This document shows, one piece after another, positions 35,109 to 44,881 of a stretch of DNA of 64,000 bases. How positions within the stretch are numbered: the stretch's first letter is position 1; each line of letters begins with the position of its first letter. Origin of the DNA: Alphaproteobacteria bacterium (lineage in GTDB: Bacteria > Pseudomonadota > Alphaproteobacteria > JACAEB01); NCBI GenBank assembly GCA_024236075.1, contig JACKLE010000007.1, positions 2,235 through 66,234 on the forward strand, in the 5' to 3' direction. Under the pieces are notes generated by a model, which had not been told where the DNA came from, did not search any database, and saw nothing but the letters and a program-made list of their open reading frames with translations. Position numbers and translations under genes: made by a program.

Positions 35109-35303
35109 TCAGGCTCCGCGCACAAGCCATACGACCACGAGCCCGACCGTCGCCGTGAGGAGCCCGGCGAAGCGGACGCTGCCCTCGGGCTGGTCGAGAA
35201 GCCGTGCCAGCACCCAGCGCAGGCCCGTCGGAAAGGCGGCGTAGAGCAGCCCCTCGATCACGAGCAGGAGGCCCAGGGCATCGAAGAGATCGCTCCAGTT
35301 CAT
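35109..35303 (-). CDS. DUF2065-family small membrane protein
   Basis: MNWSDLFDALGLLLVIEGLLYAAFP...LRFAGLLTATVGLVVVWLVR, in the usual position downstream of hflKC. Confidence 0.7.
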   Translation of the reverse strand: MNWSDLFDALGLLLVIEGLLYAAFPTGLRWVLARLLDQPEGSVRFAGLLTATVGLVVVWLVRGA

Positions 35304-35365
35304 CGGCCCATGCCTGCTGTCGCTGCGCCGAACGGTTCCCGTTCGCCAGCCTCCTTGCGAGCCGT

Positions 35366-36238
35366 TCAGTTCCGCGGCGTCTGCGCGCCGAAATAGCGGA
35401 AGAACGAGCTGTTGGGGCTCAGGACCATGGTCGTGTCGCCCGCGCCGAGAGCCTGCTCATAGGCCCGCATCGAGCGGTAGAAGGCGAAGAACTCGGGGTC
35501 GCGGCTGTAGGCCTGCGCGAAGATGCGGTTGCGCTCCGCGTCGCCGTCGCCGCGGATCTTTTCCGCCTCGCTCCTGGCCTCGGCGACGAGGACGGTCCGC
35601 TCGCGCTCGGCCTCGGCGCGGATCTTCAAGGCAGCCTCCTGGCCGCGGGCGCGGAACTCGTTCGCCTCGCGCTGGCGTTCGGTCTTCATGCGCCCGTAGA
35701 TGGCCTCGGAGTTCTCCTGCGGCAGGTCGGCGCGCTTGATGCGCACGTCGACGACCTCGATGCCGAGCTCCTCGGTCTTGCGGCGCATGTCGGCGCCGAT
35801 CTCGCCCATCACCGCGACCCGCTTGTCGGAGAGGATGGCGTTGAGATCCTGCTTGGCCATGGTCTCGCGCAAGGACGCGTCGAGCTGCGCGGCGAGGCGG
35901 TTCCGGGCGTTGAGGTCGTTCGAAAGCGTGCGGTAGTAGCGCAAGGGATCGACGATCCGGTAGCGCATGAAGGCGTCGACGATGAAGCGCTTGCGGTCGG
36001 CGACGTTGATCTCCTGCGCATCGCCGTCGAGCAGCTTGAGGCGCTTGTCGATAAAGACGGCCTGATCGACGAAGGGCAGCTTCATCTTGATCCCGGGCTC
36101 GGTGATCGGATTGCCGATGAGCTCGCCGAAGCGCAGCACGAGCGCCTGCTGGCGCTCCGTCACGATGAAGAAGGTGTTGGACAGCACGCCGCCGGCGATG
36201 ACGAGGAGGACGACGAGCCCGAAGACGAAGCGGTTCAT
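35366..36238 (-). CDS. hflC: Protease modulator HflC
   Basis: 290 aa SPFH/band-7 protein directly downstream of hflK, with FIVTERQQALVLRFGE... Confidence 0.9.
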   Translation of the reverse strand: MNRFVFGLVVLLVIAGGVLSNTFFIVTERQQALVLRFGELIGNPITEPGIKMKLPFVDQAVFIDKRLKLLDGDAQEINVADRKRFIVDAFMRYRIVDPLRYYRTLSNDLNARNRLAAQLDASLRETMAKQDLNAILSDKRVAVMGEIGADMRRKTEELGIEVVDVRIKRADLPQENSEAIYGRMKTERQREANEFRARGQEAALKIRAEAERERTVLVAEARSEAEKIRGDGDAERNRIFAQAYSRDPEFFAFYRSMRAYEQALGAGDTTMVLSPNSSFFRYFGAQTPRN

Positions 36239-36241
36239 GGC

Positions 36242-37369
36242 TCACTGCCCCCCATTCTGCGCAGGATGCGTGGTCCGTTTCGGCTCGATCTCGGGCAGCG
36301 GCAGATAGGGCACGACGCCCTGCGTGCCGGCGCCTTCCTCGATGATGATCTTGTTCGTGCCACCCAGGACCTTCTCGAGCGTCTCGAGATACATGCGCTG
36401 GCGCGTGACGTCCTTGGCCTTGACGTACTCGTTGTAGATCTTGGTGAAGCGCTCGGCCTGGCCGGAGGCCTCCGCAATCGTCTGATCGCGATAGGCCTGC
36501 GCCTCCTGGAGGATCTGCTGGGCCTGGCCGCGCGCCTCCGGCACGATCTTGTTGCGGTAGGCCTCGGCCTCGTTCTGCACGCGCTCCTGGTCGGTGCGCG
36601 CGCGCTGGACGTCGCGATAGTCCTCGATCACCGCCCCGGGCGGATCGACCTTGGCCATGTTCACGAGCACGATCCGGACGCCCGACTTGTATTCGTCGAG
36701 CACGGCCTGCATCGCCGCGCGAACCTCTTCCTCGATGGGCCCGCGCTCGTTGAGGACCGACTGGAAGGTCGTGCGTCCGACCACCTCGCGCATGACGCTT
36801 TCGGCGACTGCGAGCACAGTGTCGTCGGGGTCCTCGACATTGAAGACATAGGCTGCCGGATCGGCGACCTGCCATTGGACGTTGAAGTCCATGTCGACGA
36901 TGTTCTCGTCGCCGGTCAGCATGAGGCTGTCGCTGGGGACGGAGCCCCGCCGGCCCGCGCCGACATCGGTGATCTCGACCTTGTTGATCTCGTTGACGTT
37001 GACCTTCTGGACCGCCTGGACGGGCCAGGGAATGTGATAGTGCAGCCCCGGCTCGGTGAGCGTGCCGGTGTAGTCGCCGAAGGTCGTCTCGACGCCGCGC
37101 TCGGCCGTGCCGACGAGATACCAGCCCGTCATCGCCCAGCCGAACACCGCGGCGAGCAGGATGAAGAGGAAGGCGAGCGGGCCGAGCCCGCCGCGCGGCA
37201 TGGCGCGGCGGAAGCGGTCCTGGCTGCGGCGCAGAAGCTCCTCGAGGTCGGGCCCGCTATTGTCGTTGCCGGAGCCGCCGCCCCCGGTTCCCCCGCCGCC
37301 GCCGTCGCGTCCCCAGGGACCGCGGCCGCTGCCCTGCCAGCCGCCGCCCCCTTGCTGCTTCCAAGGCAT
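36242..37369 (-). CDS. hflK: FtsH protease activity modulator HflK
   Basis: 375 aa with a Gly-rich N-terminus (GGGGWQGSGRGPWG) and an SPFH domain. Confidence 0.9.
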   Translation of the reverse strand: MPWKQQGGGGWQGSGRGPWGRDGGGGGTGGGGSGNDNSGPDLEELLRRSQDRFRRAMPRGGLGPLAFLFILLAAVFGWAMTGWYLVGTAERGVETTFGDYTGTLTEPGLHYHIPWPVQAVQKVNVNEINKVEITDVGAGRRGSVPSDSLMLTGDENIVDMDFNVQWQVADPAAYVFNVEDPDDTVLAVAESVMREVVGRTTFQSVLNERGPIEEEVRAAMQAVLDEYKSGVRIVLVNMAKVDPPGAVIEDYRDVQRARTDQERVQNEAEAYRNKIVPEARGQAQQILQEAQAYRDQTIAEASGQAERFTKIYNEYVKAKDVTRQRMYLETLEKVLGGTNKIIIEEGAGTQGVVPYLPLPEIEPKRTTHPAQNGGQ

Positions 37370-37561
37370 GGATGCCTCCTTCGTGACCCGCGTGCCGGGG
37401 CGGCTCTAGTAGTAGCGTTGTGAGGGGCCGATTCAAGGGTCTGGCGGCCGGGCGTTGCCGGTCTTCTCGCCTTTCCGCTCGCCCCGGGCGGCAATTCGAC
37501 CCACCTATGATAGCAAGGCGGCCTTGCCCGCCGCTTAATCGGATGCAGGGAGAGGAGACCC

Positions 37562-38695
37562 ATGGCCGACACCGCCGAGGAGAAGGTGCTCGCGGCGCTG
37601 CGCGGCGTCGTCGACGAGCGCGCCGGGCGCGACATAGTGAGCCTCGGCCGGGTGAAGGGCCTCGTGGTGCGCGGAGCCCATGTCGGCTTCGCGATCGAGC
37701 TGCCGCCCGGCGAGGGCGCGGAGCGCGAGCCCTTGCGCAAGGCCGCCGAGGCCGCCGTCGCCAAGGTGCCGGGCGTCCTTTCCGTCACCGCCGTCCTCAC
37801 CTCGCACAGCGCACCCGCCGGCGGCGCGGCGCCCCACGCCCATCGCGCGGCTCCCCGCAGGGCCGCGCCGCAGCAGGCGGGCGAAAGGCCCTCCGTGCCC
37901 GGCGTCGGCGCCATTCTCGCGGTGGCGAGCGGCAAGGGCGGCGTCGGCAAGTCGACGGTCGCGGTCAATCTCGCCCTCGCCCTCGCGCGCCTCGGCCTCA
38001 AGGTCGGGCTGCTCGACGCGGACATCTACGGCCCCTCGGTGCCGCGCCTCCTCGGCCTCACGGGCAAGCCGGAGACCGACGGCGAGAAGCTGAGGCCGCA
38101 CGAGGCCTTCGGCATCAAGGCCATGTCGATCGGCCTCCTCGTCGGCGAGGACCAGCCGATGATCTGGCGCGGACCCATGGTGATGACGGCGCTGACGCAG
38201 CTCCTGAACGATGTCGCCTGGGCGCCGCTCGACGTCCTCCTCGTCGACATGCCGCCGGGCACGGGCGATGCGCAATTGACGCTCGCCCAGCGCGTACCCG
38301 TGACGGGCGCCGTCATCGTCTCGACGCCACAGGAGATCGCGCTCACCGATGCGCGCAAGGGCCTCGCAATGTTCCGCCAGACCCATGTGCCGGTCTTCGG
38401 CATCGTCGAGAACATGGCCTATTTCGTCGCGCCGACGGGCGAGCGCATCTTCATCTTCGGCGAGGGCGGCGCGCGGCGCACGGCCGGCACGCTCGACTGC
38501 GACTTCCTGGGCGAAATTCCGCTCACGGTGCGTGTGCGCGAGACCTCGGACGCGGGCACGCCCATCGTCGCCATCGCGCCGCATGCGGAGGAATCCGCCC
38601 CCTTCCTCGCCATCGCCGAGAAGGTCGCCGCCAAGCTCGCCGAGGCGACGGGCGAAGGCGCGCGCAAGCCGCCGAAGATCTCCTACGTGGATTGA
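37562..38695 (+). CDS. apbC: Fe-S cluster carrier ATPase, Mrp/ApbC/NBP35 family
   Basis: Has an N-terminal DUF59-like region, the Walker A variant ILAVASGKGGVGKSTVAVNLA, and MPPGTGDAQLT. Confidence 0.9.
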   Translation: MADTAEEKVLAALRGVVDERAGRDIVSLGRVKGLVVRGAHVGFAIELPPGEGAEREPLRKAAEAAVAKVPGVLSVTAVLTSHSAPAGGAAPHAHRAAPRRAAPQQAGERPSVPGVGAILAVASGKGGVGKSTVAVNLALALARLGLKVGLLDADIYGPSVPRLLGLTGKPETDGEKLRPHEAFGIKAMSIGLLVGEDQPMIWRGPMVMTALTQLLNDVAWAPLDVLLVDMPPGTGDAQLTLAQRVPVTGAVIVSTPQEIALTDARKGLAMFRQTHVPVFGIVENMAYFVAPTGERIFIFGEGGARRTAGTLDCDFLGEIPLTVRVRETSDAGTPIVAIAPHAEESAPFLAIAEKVAAKLAEATGEGARKPPKISYVD

Positions 38696-38837
38696 GGGCG
38701 GCGCGGCGCGGTCGGCCCCTTGCCGCGGGCAGCGGCAGCAGGAGCGCGGGACCGACCGTCACCGCGACGCCTCATTGGCAAATTGGCCGAAATGCCGGAT
38801 TTTGCCTTCAATGAAGGCGCTTCATTGAAGGCAAATC

Positions 38838-39074
38838 ATGGCCCAGCTCACCGTTCGCAACGTCAACGACCGGATCGTGTCCGCGCTCAGGCAACGGGCC
38901 GCCGCCCATGGGCGCTCTGCCGAGGCGAAGCACCGGGAAATTCTTCGAGAGGCCCTTCTCGAAGGGGAGGCGGATTTCGCCGCCCGCGCGCGGGACCTCC
39001 GCCGCCGCCTCCGTTCCACTATCGACAGCAGCGAGGTCATTCGCGCGGACCGCGATCGCGACACGGCGCCGTGA
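38838..39074 (+). CDS. vapB: Type II antitoxin (FitA/VapB-like ribbon-helix-helix)
   Basis: MAQLTVRNVNDRIVSALRQRAAAHGRSAEAKHREILREAL. Its stop overlaps the PIN gene start (GTGA). Confidence 0.8.
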   Translation: MAQLTVRNVNDRIVSALRQRAAAHGRSAEAKHREILREALLEGEADFAARARDLRRRLRSTIDSSEVIRADRDRDTAP

Positions 39075-39505
39075 GCGGCTATGTCGTCGACGCCAGCGTG
39101 GCGGTGAAATGGCTGGTCGACGAGCCGTTTTCCGACGAGGCGGCGAGGCTCCTCGACGACGGCATCGCGCTCGTCGCCCCCGAGCTCGTCTATGTGGAGT
39201 CCGCCAACGCCCTCTGGGCCATGCACCGGCGCGGCGATATCGGCCTTTCCGATTTCACCGAAGCGCTCAGCGTGCTGAAGGCGGCTCCGGTCGCGGTCCC
39301 CGCATCCATGCGCCAGCTCGCCGCGCCCGCCGGACGGCTCGCCGTCGACCTGGGCCATCCCGTCTACGATTGTGTGTACCTGGCGCTCGCCTTGCAGGAG
39401 CAATGTCCCGTCGTCACGGCGGACCCGCGGCTATACGACGTCGTGCGCGCGCATCCCTACCTGTCCGACAGGATCCTCCATTTGAAGGACCTGCCGGAGC
39501 GCTGA
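39071..39505 (+). CDS. vapC: Type II toxin, PIN-domain ribonuclease VapC
   Basis: The GTG start gives VSGYVVDASVAVKWLVDEP...APELVYVESANALW...HPVYDCVYLALA....VVTAD (PIN acidic residues). Confidence 0.85.
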   Translation: MSGYVVDASVAVKWLVDEPFSDEAARLLDDGIALVAPELVYVESANALWAMHRRGDIGLSDFTEALSVLKAAPVAVPASMRQLAAPAGRLAVDLGHPVYDCVYLALALQEQCPVVTADPRLYDVVRAHPYLSDRILHLKDLPER

Positions 39506-39513
39506 CGGATACC

Positions 39514-40038
39514 TCACCCGTGCCGCTCAAGCGTCACGAAGCTGCAATCGTGGGTGGCCGCATCCTCCTTGAGCGGATGGATGCGCTCGACCTCGCGCCA
39601 GTGGCGCGCATCGACCGGCGGGAAGAAGGTGTCGCCCGCGACCTCGCCCGCGACCTCCGTCAGATGGAGGCGCCGCGCGAGGGGCAGTGCCTCGGCATAG
39701 ATTTGCGCCCCGCCGATCGCCATGACCTCGTCCGCGCCGGTCGCGCGCGCGACATGGACCGCGATGTCGACGGCCTCGAGGAAGCTCAGGGCGACGCGCA
39801 CGCCTTCCGCGGACCAGGCGGGATCGCGCGTGACGACGATGTTCTCGCGCCCCGGCAGCGGCTTGCCGATGGAGGCGAAGGTCTTCCGCCCCATGATGAC
39901 CGGCTTGCCCATGGTGAGCGCCTTGAAGCGCCTCATGTCGACGGGAATCTTCCAGGGGAGCCTTCCGTCGCGCCCGATGACCCCGTTCGCCGCCACCGCG
40001 GCGACGAGGGCGATGGGAGGCGCGCCCTCCCCGCTCAC
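39514..40038 (-). CDS. folA: Dihydrofolate reductase
   Basis: [63 protein letters not shown]. Confidence 0.9.
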   Translation of the reverse strand: MSGEGAPPIALVAAVAANGVIGRDGRLPWKIPVDMRRFKALTMGKPVIMGRKTFASIGKPLPGRENIVVTRDPAWSAEGVRVALSFLEAVDIAVHVARATGADEVMAIGGAQIYAEALPLARRLHLTEVAGEVAGDTFFPPVDARHWREVERIHPLKEDAATHDCSFVTLERHG

Positions 40039-40829
40039 ACCGCCACCTTGGCCTTGATCGGCGGATGGGCCTCGTAGCCCTCGAAGCGTATGTCGGAGCC
40101 GAGAAAATCGTCGATGTCGCGCACGTCCGGATTGAGGACGAGGCGCGGCAGGGGAAAGGGCTTACGAGAAAGCTGCTCGCGGGCCTGGGGCAGATGGTTC
40201 GTGTAGAGATGGACGTCCCCGAAGGAGTGCACGAACTCACCGGGCTCGAGGTCGCAGACCTGCGCCACCATATGCGTCAGGAGCGCATAGGAGGCGATGT
40301 TGAACGGCACGCCGAGGAAGAGGTCGGCCGAGCGCTGATAGAGCTGGCAGGAGAGCCTGCCTCCCGCCACGTAGAACTGGAAGAGCACGTGGCAGGGCGG
40401 CAGCGCCATCGCCCCGATGTCGCCGACGTTCCAGGCGCTGACGAGGAGGCGGCGCGAATCGGGGTTCTTGCCGATCTCGGCGATGACGGACGAGATCTGG
40501 TCGACGACACGCCCGTCCGCCGTCTCCCAGGCGCGCCACTGTTTGCCGTAGACGGGCCCGAGCTCGCCCGCCTCGTCCGCCCATTCGTCCCAGATCGAGA
40601 CGCCGGCCGCCTTCAGCGGACGCACATTGGTCTCGCCGCGGAGGAACCACAAAAGCTCCTCCACGATCGAGCGCAGATGGAGCTTCTTCGTGGTGACGAG
40701 CGGGAAGCCGGCCGAAAGGTCGAAGCGGAGCTGCGCGCCGAAAAGGCTCAGCGTGCCGGTTCCGGTGCGGTCGCCCTTCAGCGCCCCCCGCTCCAGCACG
40801 TCGCGCATCAGATCGAGATATTGCTTCAT
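40035..40829 (-). CDS. thyA: Thymidylate synthase
   Basis: [41 protein letters not shown]...[36 protein letters not shown]. Confidence 0.95.
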   Translation of the reverse strand: MKQYLDLMRDVLERGALKGDRTGTGTLSLFGAQLRFDLSAGFPLVTTKKLHLRSIVEELLWFLRGETNVRPLKAAGVSIWDEWADEAGELGPVYGKQWRAWETADGRVVDQISSVIAEIGKNPDSRRLLVSAWNVGDIGAMALPPCHVLFQFYVAGGRLSCQLYQRSADLFLGVPFNIASYALLTHMVAQVCDLEPGEFVHSFGDVHLYTNHLPQAREQLSRKPFPLPRLVLNPDVRDIDDFLGSDIRFEGYEAHPPIKAKVAV

Positions 40830-40934
40830 GGCCCGCCGATGGCCTCCAAACGCCGAAGGGGCGCGATGATCGCCGATTCTCGCCGGCGCGCCCGCCTTCA
40901 GCCTTTCGTTGAGGCGGCGCGCTTCCTATATTGC

Positions 40935-41290
40935 TCCTGTCGGCTCGCGCCGACTATGGCGATAAACGGACGCGTAATAAGCGGTTCGGACCCGGGGGCA
41001 GTACCCGGCGCCTCCACCATATCCTCCCTCGCGGCCGTCGGGCCGGGGGGACGGCCTCGAGGCTCGAGGCCAGGCCATGGGGGCGAACCAGGATCGACGG
41101 ACGTGTAAAGGTGCTCTTTTCGCCCGGGATGGTACCGCCGTTAACGGACCGCCAGAATAGTTGCCAATGACAACTATGCTGAGGTGCGTCTCGCCGCCTA
41201 AGGCGGTCGGACAAACCGACTTGAAGCCCTAGGCCTTCAGCGGGTCTAGGCGGGGTCCGGAGGGCACCTGGCAACAGAAGCCCTCCACCT
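40935..41290 (+). ncRNA. ssrA: tmRNA (ssrA), circularly permuted two-piece alphaproteobacterial type; boundaries approximate
   Basis: The tag reading frame GCC AAT GAC AAC TAT GCT GAG GTG CGT CTC GCC GCC TAA (41163..41201) encodes ANDNYAEVRLAA. The acceptor 3' strand CGCCTCCACCA ends at 41019, upstream of the 5' strand GGGGGCGAACCAGGATCGACGG (from 41079). These pair with a G:U at position 3. Confidence 0.8.
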
Positions 41291-41355
41291 TCCCTCGCCT
41301 TCCGCCATGTCTCCGCCACGAACGGGCCCTCGCCGTGCCATTTTGAAACGGTGGC

Positions 41356-41937
41356 ATGGGCGTTGCTGTTACGGGGAACAGTGCGTTTGTACGAGGGGAT
41401 TGTCCCGTGCCGAGCCGCGTTCTCTTTGCCGGACTGACGCTATTTGCCGCCCTCGCCCTGATGGGCCTCACCGCGCGCGCCGCCGAGCCGCCGCACATCA
41501 TGGCGTTCCTGGAGCCCTGGCTCGAAAGCGTCGCGAGCCTCGAGACGACCACCGAGGCGCATCTGAACAGCCTTTCCGGCGCGCCGAAGGACTGGCGCCG
41601 CCTCGCGCTCCTCGACGGCGGCTACGCCGCGCGGCTCGAGCGCTTCACCTACGAGACCGACACGCTCTCGGCCGCGCTCAGGGACGAGCCCGCGGGCAGC
41701 GAGCCTGCCTGCATCTTGAAGGGACTCGCGCTCGACCTCACCGAAAAGTCGAAGACGCTGCGGGAGGCCGGCGACGCGACGGCCGCGCGCGAGGCGCTCG
41801 CCGCCATCGCCCAGCTCCTCAGGGAGCCCCGGCTCATCTTCGCGGGCGAGACGGCCTTCCTGGCGCCGCGCCTCGTCCTTGCGGCCGACGTCCAGGAGCC
41901 CTGCCCGAATTTCGGGGACGACGGCGGTCGCGCCTGA
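41356..41937 (+). CDS. Hypothetical exported protein
   Basis: ORF with signal-like LFAGLTLFAALALMGLTARAAEP. The real start may be the GTG at about 41407. No family recognised. Confidence 0.5.
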   Translation: MGVAVTGNSAFVRGDCPVPSRVLFAGLTLFAALALMGLTARAAEPPHIMAFLEPWLESVASLETTTEAHLNSLSGAPKDWRRLALLDGGYAARLERFTYETDTLSAALRDEPAGSEPACILKGLALDLTEKSKTLREAGDATAAREALAAIAQLLREPRLIFAGETAFLAPRLVLAADVQEPCPNFGDDGGRA

Positions 41938-42070
41938 GGCCGCCTCAAGGTCTTCGTTACCACTCTGTGCGAAGCTTTCCCGTCGCCGCCGCGCTTCCTC
42001 GTCGCGCGGCGATTGACTCGCCCGGTTTCGGCGGTAGCTTCGTTCGGACCTGCCGCAGCCGAGGATCGAC

Positions 42071-42583
42071 ATGACGGACGAGCCGCCGAAGGACGAGCCT
42101 ATGGGCCGCGATCTGATGCGCTACGACCTCCTCACGCAGGACGCCATGCGCGGCGTGGTGCGCGAGACGCTTTCGCGCATCGTGCGCGACGGGCTTCCCG
42201 GCTCGCATCATTTTTTCATCGCCTTCCAGACCGGCTATCCCGGCGTCGAGCTCTCGGACGCGCTGCGCGCGCGCTATCCCGACGAGATGACGATCGTCCT
42301 GCAGCATCAGTTCTGGGATCTGAAGGTCGCGCAGGACCGCTTCTCGGTGAGCCTCTCCTTCAACGGCATCATCGAGCGCCTCGGCGTGCCCTTCGCGGCG
42401 ATAAAGAGCTTCTTCGACCCGAGCGTCCCCTTCGGCCTCCAGTTCCACCCCTCGCTCCCCGAGGAGGTCGAGGACCGCGCCGTCCAGAGCGGCGGCCAGG
42501 GCCCCGCGCGCGCCCCCGCGGCCATGCCCGCCGAGCGCCAGGCCGGCGACGTGGTCAGCCTCGACGCGTTCCGCAAGAAGTGA
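42071..42583 (+). CDS. sspB: SspB-alpha-like ClpXP adaptor (stringent starvation protein B family)
   Basis: ...MRYDLLTQDAMRGVVRETLSRIVRDGLPGSHHFFIAFQTGYPGVELSDALRARYPDEMTIVLQHQFWDLKV..D.FSV.LSF.G..E.L.VPF.AI..FFDPSV.FGLQF. Confidence 0.8.
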   Translation: MTDEPPKDEPMGRDLMRYDLLTQDAMRGVVRETLSRIVRDGLPGSHHFFIAFQTGYPGVELSDALRARYPDEMTIVLQHQFWDLKVAQDRFSVSLSFNGIIERLGVPFAAIKSFFDPSVPFGLQFHPSLPEEVEDRAVQSGGQGPARAPAAMPAERQAGDVVSLDAFRKK

Positions 42584-42633
42584 ACGGCGTGAGCAGCGAA
42601 TAGGGAATTGGGCGGAGCGGACCGTCTCCTCAC

Positions 42634-42661
42634 TCCCTACTCCCTACTCCCTACTCCCTAC
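42634..42661. repeat. Heptanucleotide tandem repeat (TCCCTAC) x4 with degenerate flanking copies; G3N4 runs on the minus strand
   Basis: CACTCCCTACTCCCTACTCCCTACTCCCTACTCCCCATTC at 42631..42670, lying between the sspB stop and the fumC start. Confidence 0.85.
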
Positions 42662-42751
42662 TCCCCATTCGCCTCGCACCGCGCTCCCCTCGCCACGCCT
42701 CCCCCCCCATGCTAGAGACCCCGCGGCATCCATGACCGCATTGGGGCTCCC

Positions 42752-44146
42752 ATGACCAAGACCCGCACCGAGACCGACAGCTTCGGCGCCCTCGAGGTGC
42801 CGGCGGACCGATATTGGGGCGCGCAGACGCAGCGCTCGCTGCAGAATTTCCGCATCGGCGGCGAGAGGATGCCGCTGCCGCTGGTGCGCGCGCTCGGCAC
42901 GATCAAGCGCGCGGCCGCGAGCGTGAACATGGCGCTCGGCGCGCTCGACGCGAAGCTCGGCAAGGCGATCGTCGCGGCCGCCACCGAGGTCATGGACGGC
43001 AAGCACAACGAGGATTTTCCGCTCGTGGTCTGGCAGACCGGCTCGGGTACGCAGACCAACATGAACGCGAACGAGGTGATCTCGAACCGTGCCATCGAGA
43101 TGCTCGGCGGCACGATGGGCTCCAAGAAGCCCGTGCACCCGAACGATCACGTCAACATGGGCCAGTCCTCGAACGACACCTTTCCGACCGCGATGCACAT
43201 CGCCGCGGCGGAGGAGATCGCCAAGCGCCTTGTGCCCGCGCTCGACCATCTGCGCAAGGCGCTCGCCGAGAAGAGCGCGGCCTGGGGCGACATCATCAAG
43301 ATCGGGCGCACGCATCTGCAGGACGCGACGCCCCTGACGCTGGGCCAGGAATTCTCCGGCTACGTCATGCAGCTCGAAAACGCCGTCGCGCGCGTCGAGG
43401 ACACGCTGCCGCGCCTTCTCCTCCTCGCCCAGGGCGGCACAGCGGTCGGCACCGGCCTCAACGCCCGCATCGGCTTCGCGGAGGGCTTCGCCGCCGAAGT
43501 CGCGGCGATCACTGGCATGGCCTTCGCGACCGCGCCGAACAAGTTCGAGGCGCTCGCCGCGCACGACGCCCTCGTCGAGGCCTCCGGCGCGCTCAACACC
43601 GTGGCCGCGAGCCTCTTCAAGATCGCGAGCGACATCCGCCTCCTGGGGTCCGGCCCGCGCTCGGGCCTCGGCGAACTGCTGCTGCCCGAGAACGAGCCGG
43701 GCTCCTCGATCATGCCGGGCAAGGTGAACCCCACCCAGTGCGAGGCGCTGACGCAGGTCTGCGTGCAGGTCTTCGGCAATCACGCTGCCGTCACCTTCGC
43801 CGGCGCGAGCGGGCACATGGAGCTCAACGTCTTCAAGCCGGTCATAGTCTACAACGTGCTGCAGTCGGTGCGCCTCCTCGCCGACGCCTGCGTCAGCTTC
43901 GCCGACAACTGCGTCGCCGGCATCGTGCCGAACCGCGCGCACATCAAGGAGCTCATGGAGCGCTCGCTGATGCTCGTGACCGCGCTCGCGCCCAAGATCG
44001 GCTACGACAGGGCGACGGAGGTCGCGAAGGCCGCGCACAAGAACGGCACCACTCTGCGCGAGGAAGCGCTACGTCTGGGTTACGTCACCGAAGCCGAGTT
44101 CGACGCCCTGGTGCGGCCCGAGGACATGATCGGCCCCAAGCCGTGA
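42752..44146 (+). CDS. fumC: Class II fumarate hydratase
   Basis: 464 aa with [12 protein letters not shown]...[18 protein letters not shown] and [16 protein letters not shown]. Confidence 0.95.
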   Translation: MTKTRTETDSFGALEVPADRYWGAQTQRSLQNFRIGGERMPLPLVRALGTIKRAAASVNMALGALDAKLGKAIVAAATEVMDGKHNEDFPLVVWQTGSGTQTNMNANEVISNRAIEMLGGTMGSKKPVHPNDHVNMGQSSNDTFPTAMHIAAAEEIAKRLVPALDHLRKALAEKSAAWGDIIKIGRTHLQDATPLTLGQEFSGYVMQLENAVARVEDTLPRLLLLAQGGTAVGTGLNARIGFAEGFAAEVAAITGMAFATAPNKFEALAAHDALVEASGALNTVAASLFKIASDIRLLGSGPRSGLGELLLPENEPGSSIMPGKVNPTQCEALTQVCVQVFGNHAAVTFAGASGHMELNVFKPVIVYNVLQSVRLLADACVSFADNCVAGIVPNRAHIKELMERSLMLVTALAPKIGYDRATEVAKAAHKNGTTLREEALRLGYVTEAEFDALVRPEDMIGPKP

Positions 44147-44201
44147 CGCTCGCCCCCTCAGGGCACGGACGGACCGGCACGCGGGCGGCAGGCATTTCGT
44201 C

Positions 44202-44444
44202 ATGGCGCACGGGCAGAAGCGCTCGCTGAGGATCGCGGGCCACGCGACCTCGGTCGCGCTCGAGCCCGAATTCTGGCGCGCGCTCGAGGAGATCGCGGCG
44301 GCGCGCGGGATCGCGCTCGCCGCCCTGGTCGCCGAGGTCGACGGTGCGCGCGCCGAGACGCGCCCGTCGCAGGGCCTCGCCAGCGCGCTGCGCGTTCACG
44401 CGCTCGAGTGGCGCCGCGCGGGTCTTGCGGCGAAGCGCGGATGA
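44202..44444 (+). CDS. Ribbon-helix-helix domain protein
   Basis: 80 aa, KRSLRIAGHATSVALEPEFWRALEEIAAARGIALAALVAEVD. Confidence 0.6.
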   Translation: MAHGQKRSLRIAGHATSVALEPEFWRALEEIAAARGIALAALVAEVDGARAETRPSQGLASALRVHALEWRRAGLAAKRG

Positions 44445-44643
44445 GCTAATCTCATATGAGAAGCGCCATGAGGCACGGAAACGAGAAAGCGTCCTCCGTC
44501 CTCGTCGCCGCGATGCGGCGAGCGTGGCCGTGCGATGCCAGAAGGCGAACCGGCGCCTTGCGGCGGATGCAGCCAAGCGCCTCGTGACCTTCGAGGGGTC
44601 GCTCCGCCTCATGTGCGAGGCGGGAGACGGAAGGGATCGAGTC

Positions 44644-44868
44644 ATGGGCGACGTCATCAATCTCACTGCCTATCGCAAGGCGCGCGCCCGCAAGGAGCGC
44701 GCGCGCGGCGCGGCGACGAGCCGGCTGAAGCACGGAACCGCGCCCGTCCTCCTCAATCGCGAAGCCGATGCACGCGCGCGGCTCGAGCGCATGCTCGATC
44801 ATGCGCGCCTCGCGGACGAGGCCGAGCCGCCGCCGCCTGCGCCGACCGACAAGCCCAAGGGCGTCTGA
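44644..44868 (+). CDS. DUF4169-like small protein
   Basis: MGDVINLTAYRKARARKERARGAATSRLKHG.... Confidence 0.55.
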   Translation: MGDVINLTAYRKARARKERARGAATSRLKHGTAPVLLNREADARARLERMLDHARLADEAEPPPPAPTDKPKGV

Positions 44869-44881
44869 ACCCGACCCCATC

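Noticed and set aside
40830-41355. A tRNA gene or integrase-associated island at the tmRNA locus.
   Set aside because: The T-arm-like and CCA features belong to the permuted tmRNA itself. There is no integrase, no direct repeat of the ssrA 3' end, and no compositional shift downstream.
44202-44868. The RHH protein plus DUF4169-like small protein as a toxin-antitoxin or novel pair.
   Set aside because: The genes are 200 nt apart, have backbone-like GC, and show no toxin-like partner. I recall both as widely conserved small core proteins in this class. There is nothing in the sequence to suggest an accessory system.
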